From: an uncultured Chitinophaga sp.
Lineage (GTDB): Bacteria; Bacteroidota; Bacteroidia; Chitinophagales; Chitinophagaceae
DNA length: 64,000 bases
NCBI GenBank assembly: GCA_964409055.1
Contig: CAYPBW010000001.1
Coordinates: forward strand, 9,354 to 73,353
Direction of reading: 5' to 3'
Numbering within the stretch: the first letter of the stretch is position 1; the number at the start of each line of letters is the position of its first letter. Of the stretch, positions 29,577 through 37,488 are shown piece by piece. The position numbers and the translations under genes were made by a program. The notes under the pieces were generated by a model that was given only the letters and a program-made list of their open reading frames with translations, was not told the origin of the DNA and made no database searches.

Positions 29577-29621
29577 TGTGACTTTTGTCATTTTGACCGG
29601 CACTATCCGCTGAGAAATTTG
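29577..29621 (+). promoter_or_regulatory. P4: CRP-type box plus -7-like element (PDO-rhodanese 1)
   Basis: The box TGTGACTTTTGTCATT (29577-29592) is followed 21 nt later by GAAATTTG (29614-29621). The ATG comes only at 29765, giving an unusually long leader. Confidence 0.55.
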
Positions 29622-29764
29622 TTGAGTTAATCAATCTTCTAATCAAAACAAATTACCGATGGAACACCTGTGCACCACCCGTTGCCCTTAATAAAATATC
29701 ATTTCACTTTTTACCGGATGAGGATTTTTTATTATTACCATTATCAAAATCTAAAATATTTTTT

Positions 29765-31189
29765 ATGAAAGTAGAACAAATTTATACCGGTTGCCTGGCA
29801 GAAGCAGCCTATTATATTGAGAGCAACGGGGAAGCTGCCATTATTGATCCTTTAAGGGAAACAAAGCCATATATTGATAAGGCGGAGCGAAATGGCGCAA
29901 AGATCAAATACATTCTTGAAACACATTTTCACGCAGATTTTGTTAGCGGTCACATTGACCTGGCTAAAAAAACAGGGGCAACAATTGTTTTCGGTCCTAC
30001 CGCTGCGCCGGCATACGATGTAAAGGTGGCCAGGGATGGCGAAGTACTTCAGTTAGGAGATGTCAAGATTAAAGTGTTGCATACACCGGGCCATACCATG
30101 GAATCCACCACTTATTTGCTGATAGATGAGAAAGGAAAGGATTATGCGATATTCACCGGCGATACATTATTTATCGGTGATGTGGGCCGCCCGGACTTAG
30201 TACAAAAAGTGAAGGCGGAGATCACTCCGCAGATTCTGGCCGGGTATCTATATAATTCACTCAGGAACCAGATCATGCCATTGGCTGATGATGTAATTGT
30301 ATATCCGGGACATGGGGCCGGCAGTGCCTGTGGTAAAAATATGAGTAAAGAGACCACTGATACGTTGGGCCATCAGAAGAAAGTCAATTATGCCCTTAGG
30401 GCTGATATGACAAAAGAAGAGTTCATTAAAGAAGTGACGGAAGGTTTGGTTGAGCCCCCACAGTATTTCCCTTACAATGTATTAATGAACCTGAAAGGGG
30501 GAATTGAAAGCATTGATGATATTATTGCAAGGGGTAAACGACCTCTTAGTGTCAAAGAGTTTCAGACCGTTTGGGAAAGTATGGAAGCTCTTGTATTGGA
30601 TACCCGGACCAAGGAAGCCTTTGTGGAAGAACATATTCCCGGATCAATATTCATTGGCATTGATGACAACTTCGCTCCCTGGTCAGGCACTTTGATAATG
30701 GATCTGAAGCAACCTATATTATTCCTTGCGGATGAAGGAAGGGAAGAGGAGGTAGTGGTTCGTTTGTCAAGAGTAGGATACGATAATGCTGTTGGTTTTC
30801 TACAGGGTGGTATTAAAGCCTGGAAAGAAGCAGGCTTTGAAACCGATTCCATAAAAGAAATAAGTGCTAATGATTTTGCCAGCCTCTACCAGATGGATTC
30901 TGAACATATAAACCTGCTGGATGCGAGACGTAAAAGTGAATTTGATTCTGAGCACCTGGTGGGTGCTGAAAACTTTCCCCTTGATTTCATTAACCAGAAC
31001 ATGTCGCAGTTAAGCAGGGATAAAAAGTACTTTATCCATTGTGCCGGCGGATATCGTTCTGTAATTATGGGTTCAATTTTAAAAGCAAGAGGCTTTGATA
31101 AATTGGTCAACATTCAGGGCGGCTATAAATCCTTAAGCCAGACAGGTCTTAAGAAGACACATTATGTAGAGCCCACTACCATGCTCTGA
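29765..31189 (+). CDS. Persulfide dioxygenase (MBL fold) fused to two rhodanese-like domains (CstB-like), copy 1
   Basis: 474 aa with ETHFHADFVSGH, HTPGHT and GDVGRPDL (MBL/PDO metal site), and a C-terminal rhodanese with active loop HCAGGYRS. Confidence 0.85.
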   Translation: MKVEQIYTGCLAEAAYYIESNGEAAIIDPLRETKPYIDKAERNGAKIKYILETHFHADFVSGHIDLAKKTGATIVFGPTAAPAYDVKVARDGEVLQLGDVKIKVLHTPGHTMESTTYLLIDEKGKDYAIFTGDTLFIGDVGRPDLVQKVKAEITPQILAGYLYNSLRNQIMPLADDVIVYPGHGAGSACGKNMSKETTDTLGHQKKVNYALRADMTKEEFIKEVTEGLVEPPQYFPYNVLMNLKGGIESIDDIIARGKRPLSVKEFQTVWESMEALVLDTRTKEAFVEEHIPGSIFIGIDDNFAPWSGTLIMDLKQPILFLADEGREEEVVVRLSRVGYDNAVGFLQGGIKAWKEAGFETDSIKEISANDFASLYQMDSEHINLLDARRKSEFDSEHLVGAENFPLDFINQNMSQLSRDKKYFIHCAGGYRSVIMGSILKARGFDKLVNIQGGYKSLSQTGLKKTHYVEPTTML

Positions 31190-31209
31190 TGATTGCTTAT
31201 TACGCTGAA

Positions 31210-31232
31210 AGCCAGCCCGTTGAAGGCTGGCT
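31210..31232 (+). terminator. Terminator after PDO-rhodanese 1
   Basis: agccagcc-cgttgaa-ggctggct followed by ttttt. The T-run abuts box P5. Confidence 0.55.
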
Positions 31233-31236
31233 TTTT

Positions 31237-31281
31237 TGTGATATTCGTCACGCATCACCACATCTGAGTTGGTTATTTTTG
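31237..31281 (+). promoter_or_regulatory. P5: CRP-type box plus perfect -7 element (thioredoxin 2)
   Basis: The box TGTGATATTCGTCACG (31237-31252) is followed 21 nt later by TATTTTTG (31274-31281, exact TAnnTTTG). The ATG is at 31297. Confidence 0.65.
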
Positions 31282-31296
31282 TACAAATTATCAGAT

Positions 31297-31671
31297 ATGG
31301 CAACAATAAAAATGACCACACAGGATTTTAAGAATAAGGTGTTTAACTACGAAACTGAGAAAGACTGGAAATACCAGGGACAACTTCCGGCTATTATTGA
31401 CTTTTATGCAGACTGGTGCGGTCCCTGCAAGATGGTGGCTCCAATATTAGAGGAACTTTCAAAGGAGTATGAGGGCAGGCTGGTTATTTATAAAGTGGAT
31501 ACAGATGTGGAGCAGGAACTGGCTGCCGTATTTGGTATTCAAAGTATTCCTACACTGCTTTTTATCGATTCGGAAGGTGAGCCTATGATGCAGCCGGGTG
31601 CATTGCCCAAACATATTTTCAAAAAGATAATTGATGAAAAATTATTAGCTCCTGTGAAAACAGAAGAGTAA
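31297..31671 (+). CDS. Thioredoxin (124 aa, N-terminally extended)
   Basis: ATG at 31297 (MATIKMTTQDF...) and the WCGPCK active site. The upstream part of the 160-aa ORF covers the terminator and box, so it is non-coding. Confidence 0.85.
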   Translation: MATIKMTTQDFKNKVFNYETEKDWKYQGQLPAIIDFYADWCGPCKMVAPILEELSKEYEGRLVIYKVDTDVEQELAAVFGIQSIPTLLFIDSEGEPMMQPGALPKHIFKKIIDEKLLAPVKTEE

Positions 31672-31690
31672 GTGATTTTGGTTGTAGCAT

Positions 31691-31721
31691 AAAAAAGCCA
31701 CATAAATAATGTGGCTTTTTT
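31691..31721. terminator. Bidirectional terminator between trx and tlpA-like gene
   Basis: aaaaaagccacat-aaata-atgtggctttttt forms a perfect 13-bp stem including A/T runs. Confidence 0.7.
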
Positions 31722-31746
31722 ATTTTCCTGATCAGAACCTGGCTTT

Positions 31747-32298
31747 TTACTTATTCAGTATTTCCACAAAATCCTTTGTATCATAGTCAAGCCCGCCTGT
31801 ATGTTCATAAATGATTTCACCTTTTTCATCAAAGATAAATGTGGTAGGTATGCCTTCCACATTGAATAACTGGGGTAAGTTACCTGTCGGATAGTAAACA
31901 GGAAGTTTCATTTTGTTATTCGCCGCATAAATTTTTGCTTTTACAAAATTGTCATCAAGGGAAAGCATCACAAATTCAACCTTTGCTTTGTCTGTTTTTA
32001 ATGCGAGACTTTCTATGGAAGGAATCTCTGCCCTGCAGGGAGGACACCAGGTGGCCCAAAGATTTACAAAGACCTTTTTTCCTTTAAACTGAGATAAATC
32101 AAATGACTGATTATCTGTATTGATCATTTGTAAAGATGGAAGTGCTGATGCAACGGCAGGTGCAGTTGGTTGAGTTGTTGTTGCCGGCTGGTTAGAAACA
32201 ACGGTTTCTGTTTTTTCTGCAGCAGGTTTTTCGGCCGTTGAATTACTACAGCTAATTAATACGGCGATCATTACAACTGATAAAAAGAAATATTTCAT
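31747..32298 (-). CDS. TlpA/ResA-like thiol-disulfide oxidoreductase lipoprotein
   Basis: ATG at 32298 gives MKYFFLSVVMIAVLISC (lipobox). WATWCPPCRAE is the active site. Confidence 0.8.
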   Translation of the reverse strand: MKYFFLSVVMIAVLISCSNSTAEKPAAEKTETVVSNQPATTTQPTAPAVASALPSLQMINTDNQSFDLSQFKGKKVFVNLWATWCPPCRAEIPSIESLALKTDKAKVEFVMLSLDDNFVKAKIYAANNKMKLPVYYPTGNLPQLFNVEGIPTTFIFDEKGEIIYEHTGGLDYDTKDFVEILNK

Positions 32299-32345
32299 TA
32301 TACAATAATTTATTGTGCAATATGCCCCGCAATGCTGGTAACTGC

Positions 32346-32390
32346 GGTGATAAATATCACCAATTTCGTCAAACACAGCCTTCAAATTTG
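32346..32390. promoter_or_regulatory. P6: shared CRP-type box between the divergent tlpA-like and methyltransferase genes
   Basis: The box GGTGATAAATATCACC (32346-32361) has perfect 6-bp arms. Toward the + gene, CAAATTTG (32383-32390) follows after 21 nt. Toward tlpA there is only a weak CATATTG. The box centre is 53-55 nt from both ATGs. Confidence 0.6.
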
Positions 32391-32406
32391 CCAAAAGAAA
32401 TATAAA

Positions 32407-33000
32407 ATGCAGCAATTCTGGGATCAACGATACGCAAAGAACGAAACAGTATATGGCTATGAGCCGAATAAGTTTTTCAAGCTATTTATTGACCTGCATA
32501 AGCCGGGCTCCATACTGTTGCCAGCAGAAGGTGAAGGCCGCAATGCTGTGTATGCTGCGTCAAAGGGCTGGCAGGTGGATGCTTTTGACTTCAGTGAGGT
32601 AGCCCGTGAAAAGGCACTTGATTTTGCAAGTGCAGAAAATGTTCAGGTAAACTATGATTTAAAAAATATTACAGCCTTTAAAGCGGAAAAGCTGTACGAT
32701 GCTGTCGGCCTGATTTATATTCACCTGCCGGATGAGCAGAGAAAAAGGTTTCATCAGGAAATATATAATTCAATCAAACCAGGCGGCTTTCTGGTATTGG
32801 AAGCATTTGCCAAAGAACAAGCACAGTTTAAAAGCGGCGGACCGAGAGATACGGCACTTTTGTATGATGCTCCATCACTTTGCAGTGATTTCCCTTTTCT
32901 ACACCTGATGAGTTGTGAGCAAAAAGAAATTATTCTCAACGAAGGAGATTACCATAAAGGAAAAGCAGCCGTACTTCGAATAATTGGCCAGCGGTTATAA
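32407..33000 (+). CDS. Class I SAM-dependent methyltransferase (TehB/TPMT-like)
   Basis: ATG at 32407 (MQQFWDQRYAKNE...), 197 aa, with the LLPAEGEGRNAVY SAM-binding loop. Confidence 0.75.
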   Translation: MQQFWDQRYAKNETVYGYEPNKFFKLFIDLHKPGSILLPAEGEGRNAVYAASKGWQVDAFDFSEVAREKALDFASAENVQVNYDLKNITAFKAEKLYDAVGLIYIHLPDEQRKRFHQEIYNSIKPGGFLVLEAFAKEQAQFKSGGPRDTALLYDAPSLCSDFPFLHLMSCEQKEIILNEGDYHKGKAAVLRIIGQRL

Positions 33001-33018
33001 AGTTTAAATTTCCGCTTA

Positions 33019-33591
33019 CTATTTCATTTCTGTAAAAATGATATGCCATACGCCTCTTAAGTCACCATCCTTGTAATTAAAAGCAGCATCATCTGGATAT
33101 TTTTTCTGGATCATATCCCATGTATCCGGTTTTATCTGTGTTTCTTTTTCCCCGTGACAGTTCAGGCACATTGCCTGAATAAATATGGGTTTGAAGTAGT
33201 GATGGTTTCCCTTTGAATCTTGCTTTACAATTGCTGTTAGTTGTTTATTTTCTTTTTTTTGTTCCAGGTAGGTCTTAATCACATCTTTTTCCATCTCATC
33301 CGGGGTATTGACGGAATTACGGATTTTATCAGAAGTTCTTTTAATTTGGATTCCTGCACCCGTATAAGTTTTTGTAAGATCTAATGCCGATGTATTACAA
33401 AAATCAACAGCGCCTGGAATGCCTCTTTCGCTGATTGCTTTCAGCAATGTATTTCTGAGTGTGTCAAATGTTTGTACTGTCAGTGAATCTCCTTTGTTTT
33501 TCCAATCTATAAATTCTTTTTTATCTTTTGATTCTTTGCAGGAAACCAAAAAAGTCAATAAGCCGGTAATGAGAAATGAATATTTCAACAT
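33019..33591 (-). CDS. DUF3365 (Tll0287-like) c-type heme lipoprotein
   Basis: 190 aa with lipobox LVSC and a single CLNCHG heme-attachment motif. Confidence 0.65.
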   Translation of the reverse strand: MLKYSFLITGLLTFLVSCKESKDKKEFIDWKNKGDSLTVQTFDTLRNTLLKAISERGIPGAVDFCNTSALDLTKTYTGAGIQIKRTSDKIRNSVNTPDEMEKDVIKTYLEQKKENKQLTAIVKQDSKGNHHYFKPIFIQAMCLNCHGEKETQIKPDTWDMIQKKYPDDAAFNYKDGDLRGVWHIIFTEMK

Positions 33592-33607
33592 AAACCATTT
33601 TTTAAGG

Positions 33608-34867
33608 TTAATATACAGCGGGGTGAAAACAATCTTCAGAGGGATAGATTTTCTTCAAGGTACAGCACATTCTGAAGTGTGCTACAAGGCCGGCAACCCC
33701 GGTAATAAATGCTATAACAATAATTGCAGTACTTAGTCCGATAAAATCTGCCAGAATACCGGCCAATAATGCACCTATTACATATCCGCTGTCTCTCCAA
33801 AAACGGAAAATGCTCAGTGTTTCTGCCCGTTGGGAAGGGTGGGTACTTTCCGCTACCACTGTCAAAAAGTTAGGATAAACCAATGCTGTTCCCAGCCCCA
33901 GAAGTATAGATGCGGTGATGAGCAGCCATAGTACAGAAGCTGTGGCAAGAATAAAAATTGCTGCAGCCTGTAACAACATACCCCCTGTGATGATCTGTTT
34001 TTTGCAATACACATCACCCATTTTTCCGGTGAAGAGTTGCATCACTCCCCATACAACCGGGTAGATTCCTGCAATGATCCCAATTTCCTGTATGGTAAGG
34101 GATTTTTGCAGCAGCAGAACAGGCAACAGTCCCCAAACAACTGCATCATTCATATTATTTACTAAACCATTCAACGTAACTGTACCTATATTTTTGTGCT
34201 TCCAGGTTGTTTCTTTCCATACATTTTTCATCAGTGCCAGTTTGCTGACAGTACTTTCTGCATGTACAAAATGTGTGGTATCTTTTACAAGAAATATAGA
34301 AATAAGTAAACCGGCGCCTGCCAAAAACAAACCTGGAATAAACGGATACCAGGCGTATCCATAGCTGCTGGCGAGAGAGCTGGCGAGATAGGAAGCCAAT
34401 CCTACAGATAAGTAACCGGCAAATTCATTGATGCCCATAGCAAGCCCACGGTTCTTTTGACCAACGATATCCACTTTCATGATAACGGTGGTGGACCAGG
34501 CCAATCCCTGGTTAATGCCAAGTAATACGTTGGCGATAATAACCCATGTCCAGGTTTCGGCATACATAAGAAGCAATGGTACAGGTAAGGCAAACAACCA
34601 GCCAGTAATCAGTATATGTTTTCGATTGAATCGTTTGCTCAGTTTTGCAACGCTATAATTGCTGATGGCTTTGGTAATGCCAAACGCCATAATAAAACTT
34701 AGAATTGCTGTATTGGCATCTAATCCAAATATATCTTTACCAAGACCTGGCAAAACGGCTCTTTCCAGGCCTATCATAGCACCGACAAAAGCATTAACCA
34801 GCACTAATAAAGAAAACTGTTGCCAGTTATCTTTTATTCCGTGTTGTATGGTATGCTCTCTGTTCAC
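33608..34867 (-). CDS. MFS transporter
   Basis: 419 aa with about 12 TM segments. The GTG start overlaps the stop of the upstream Kelch-like gene (GTGA). Confidence 0.85.
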   Translation of the reverse strand: MNREHTIQHGIKDNWQQFSLLVLVNAFVGAMIGLERAVLPGLGKDIFGLDANTAILSFIMAFGITKAISNYSVAKLSKRFNRKHILITGWLFALPVPLLLMYAETWTWVIIANVLLGINQGLAWSTTVIMKVDIVGQKNRGLAMGINEFAGYLSVGLASYLASSLASSYGYAWYPFIPGLFLAGAGLLISIFLVKDTTHFVHAESTVSKLALMKNVWKETTWKHKNIGTVTLNGLVNNMNDAVVWGLLPVLLLQKSLTIQEIGIIAGIYPVVWGVMQLFTGKMGDVYCKKQIITGGMLLQAAAIFILATASVLWLLITASILLGLGTALVYPNFLTVVAESTHPSQRAETLSIFRFWRDSGYVIGALLAGILADFIGLSTAIIVIAFITGVAGLVAHFRMCCTLKKIYPSEDCFHPAVY

Positions 34868-36180
34868 TTCTTGCTAAGATAAACTTTCCAGATAACAGGT
34901 GATGCCCGGCTTGGCTCTGCTTCATTACTCCAGAAAATATTGGGAGCCCTGCTGTCTATTCCACCTATAATGTAACCTGCTAGTAATGGCTTGGTTCCCA
35001 TTCTTTCTAATTGTAAAATGTCGTTGTTGCTATAGGAAGTTTCGTCCGCAGGTATGAATTCTGCAGCTGCTCCAAAATAGCCGGATAATTGTTCCGGTAA
35101 CAGGTATTCCTTTATGCCAGTTGCATTTCTTTCAACTACACTGATGTGTTTTACAAACGGTACATCATTATCAGTTTTTACTGTGCCAGACTGATCTATA
35201 TATTTCTGTGCAATACCGCCGAAGAAGATAGTATAAAGCGTTTTCTTTATTTTATCGTAAGCAGGTAGTGTAGCAGAATGGTAATGGCTGAATTGTTGAT
35301 TGAAATTTTTAACCTCATTATGATTGTTGGCCGTGATATCAATCAGCGTAGTGTAAGGAAGGTCTTTTTCATATTGAAATACTCCGGAGTAAATGGTCAG
35401 CATTTCCCTGCCATTTTCATCATATTGGTTCAGCAGGTTATAATCTCTCCGGTGCAGCAATGCAGAATCGGTTACTGCGGTGTAATTTTCAATCGCTATC
35501 TCGTTGCCTTTTTCCGTTATTAAGAATTTTCTGATCTGGTTAGTGTATTTTTGACTGAAGCCGGGTCCATGATCGGGTCCATGCGGGTTATAACGGCCAT
35601 CAAATCGTTGTCCGCCCACCAGGTAAAACAAATTATCCAACTTATTCAAATGGCCACCTGTTACGGCCATACGTTCATCTATCAGTTGTGTAATAAATGA
35701 AGTTATATCCGTATTATTAATGATCCCGTCTATCGTTTCTTTTACATTAATTTTTAATAAGGCGGGATGTGTAATATGGTCCCTTTTTGTTTCGCTATAG
35801 CCATAGCCGCCAATAACGATCAGATCATTTTGCTGCTGATAAAACTCCGTATTGCTGCTTTGTAACTGTTCAGCAAGCAGGGCAGGAAAACCGCTTACAG
35901 ATTTTTTCCAGACTTTTTCTGTTTTTACATCCAGAACAATAAGATCAGTGTTATTATGCTTTTTATTAAAGGAAGCAAAAGGTTGCCTGCGATGCAGCCC
36001 GTCCGTTCTTCCGCCAACCAGCAGTATTTTATTCCCTGATTTAGCCCAGGCATACGACTGGAGGCCGGAGAACCCTTCAGGGATCATGGGTTCGAGAGAA
36101 ATCTTATATGGAAAATTTTCCTGGCTAGTTCCTGTCAGGTTCAATAAGATTATTATCAGTGCAGTCAGAAAAGCTTTCAT
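34864..36180 (-). CDS. Secreted six-bladed Kelch-like beta-propeller protein, function unknown
   Basis: 438 aa with a signal peptide. Six blade signatures are spaced about 50-70 aa apart: LLVGGRTDG, LIVIGGYGYS, FYLVGGQRFDG, LTIYSGVFQY, TIFFGGIAQKY, AGYIIGGIDS. Confidence 0.6.
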   Translation of the reverse strand: MKAFLTALIIILLNLTGTSQENFPYKISLEPMIPEGFSGLQSYAWAKSGNKILLVGGRTDGLHRRQPFASFNKKHNNTDLIVLDVKTEKVWKKSVSGFPALLAEQLQSSNTEFYQQQNDLIVIGGYGYSETKRDHITHPALLKINVKETIDGIINNTDITSFITQLIDERMAVTGGHLNKLDNLFYLVGGQRFDGRYNPHGPDHGPGFSQKYTNQIRKFLITEKGNEIAIENYTAVTDSALLHRRDYNLLNQYDENGREMLTIYSGVFQYEKDLPYTTLIDITANNHNEVKNFNQQFSHYHSATLPAYDKIKKTLYTIFFGGIAQKYIDQSGTVKTDNDVPFVKHISVVERNATGIKEYLLPEQLSGYFGAAAEFIPADETSYSNNDILQLERMGTKPLLAGYIIGGIDSRAPNIFWSNEAEPSRASPVIWKVYLSKK

Positions 36181-36201
36181 AATAAATTGCTATTATTCCG
36201 G

Positions 36202-36246
36202 CTAAATTATTGGATTGCTAATAGCCGTGTTGTGATTTTCATCACA
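36202..36246 (-). promoter_or_regulatory. P7: perfect CRP-type box plus -7-like element (Kelch-MFS-DUF3365 operon)
   Basis: The box TGTGATTTTCATCACA (36231-36246) is followed 21 nt downstream by TAATTTAG (36202-36209, minus strand). The ATG is at 36180. Confidence 0.65.
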
Positions 36247-36259
36247 CTATAATGAAAAA

Positions 36260-36281
36260 GCCAGGGGAAGAATCCCCCGGC
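36260..36281 (-). terminator. Hairpin after the YeeE/YedE pair
   Basis: gccagggg-aagaat-cccccggc (1 mismatch). On the minus strand it is followed by ctttttcatt. Confidence 0.45.
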
Positions 36282-36309
36282 TTACTGCTAAATATTAAAA
36301 AAACTCTTT

Positions 36310-36843
36310 TTAATGAGGTAGTTTGCTCCTGAATTTTCCATACACCCAGGTTCCCACAATGGCGCTAAAAAGGGTAACAATAATAACCAATGCACCTGTT
36401 CCGATTTGTGCAAACAGCGGGCCCGGGCAGGCGCCGGTAATAGCCCAGCCAAATCCAAAGATTAAAGCACCATAGATATTACCCTTATTAAACTTCTTAT
36501 CAACAAACTCAATGGGTTCACCATAAATGGTTTTGACTTTGAATTTTTTTATCAGCCACACAGAGATGATACCTACTGCTACTGCAGAACCGATTACACC
36601 AAACATGTGGAAACTCTGGAGCCTGAACATTTCCTGAATTCTGAACCAGGAGATAACTTCTGCTTTAATGAGAATTATTCCAAACAATATTCCAGCTACG
36701 GCATATTTAAGATTATACCACCAGGGATGTTTTAATTCTGACTCGTTAAAACAAACAGCATCTAATGAACGAACTTCAAAATCTGTGTTCTGTGTAAGAA
36801 ATTCATGATGTTTCTTTTCCTGCAATGTTTCATTTACACTCAT
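36310..36843 (-). CDS. YeeE/YedE-family half-transporter (sulfur-compound transport), 177 aa
   Basis: Multi-TM protein with the GWAITGACPGPLFAQIG motif. Confidence 0.8.
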   Translation of the reverse strand: MSVNETLQEKKHHEFLTQNTDFEVRSLDAVCFNESELKHPWWYNLKYAVAGILFGIILIKAEVISWFRIQEMFRLQSFHMFGVIGSAVAVGIISVWLIKKFKVKTIYGEPIEFVDKKFNKGNIYGALIFGFGWAITGACPGPLFAQIGTGALVIIVTLFSAIVGTWVYGKFRSKLPH

Positions 36844-36849
36844 GCTATA

Positions 36850-37413
36850 TTATAATTTTAAAATTAAAGGAAGAATAAGGTTGGCTACAATAAAACCACC
36901 GGTCATAAAACTGATGGTGGCAACCAGTGAGGGCCATTGAAGGTTTGACAAGCCCATAATTGCATGGCCGCTGGTACATCCACCAGCATACCGGGTTCCG
37001 AATCCTACAAGGAATCCACCGACAACCATCATGATAATGCCTTTAGCACTGCTAAGTGCCTGCCAGTTAAATAAATCGGCAGGTACAAAGGAGTCATAGT
37101 TGGTAACACCATAGGTTGCCAGCTCTGCCTGTAATTTTGGATTGACTTGTATGGGTTCAGGATTTCCTAATAAACTAACCGCAAGAAATCCCCCACCTAC
37201 GATTCCTGCAACAAAAAAGAGATTCCATATTTCCTTTTTCCAGTCGTATTGAAAGAAGGGAATCTTTGCGGGTACACAAGCAGCGCATACATGCCGCAGC
37301 GAGGACGATATGCCAAAGGATTTATTACCGATGATGAGTAGTACAGGCACCATAAGGCCTATTAGTGGACCGGCTACATACCAGGGCCAGGGTTGTTTCA
37401 GAAAATCTAACAT
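36850..37413 (-). CDS. YeeE/YedE-family half-transporter, 187 aa
   Basis: Multi-TM protein with the [14 protein letters not shown] motif typical of YeeE/YedE. Confidence 0.8.
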   Translation of the reverse strand: MLDFLKQPWPWYVAGPLIGLMVPVLLIIGNKSFGISSSLRHVCAACVPAKIPFFQYDWKKEIWNLFFVAGIVGGGFLAVSLLGNPEPIQVNPKLQAELATYGVTNYDSFVPADLFNWQALSSAKGIIMMVVGGFLVGFGTRYAGGCTSGHAIMGLSNLQWPSLVATISFMTGGFIVANLILPLILKL

Positions 37414-37436
37414 ACTCTTATTTTGTATTTAAAATT

Positions 37437-37481
37437 CAAAATTGATTTTAATTGAAAGTGTAACGAGTGATTTATGTCACA
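37437..37481 (-). promoter_or_regulatory. P8: CRP-type box plus -7-like element (YeeE/YedE pair)
   Basis: The box AGTGATTTATGTCACA (37466-37481) is followed 21 nt downstream by CAATTTTG (37437-37444, minus strand). The ATG is at 37413. Confidence 0.6.
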
Positions 37482-37488
37482 GGTTAAG

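Noticed and set aside
29718-29768. A 16-codon upstream ORF (MRIFYYYHYQNLKYFL) whose TGA overlaps the PDO1 ATG looked like translational coupling.
   Set aside because: The sequence is simply AT-rich and Tyr/Phe codons arise trivially. There is no independent support, so it is kept only as a remark inside the leader finding.
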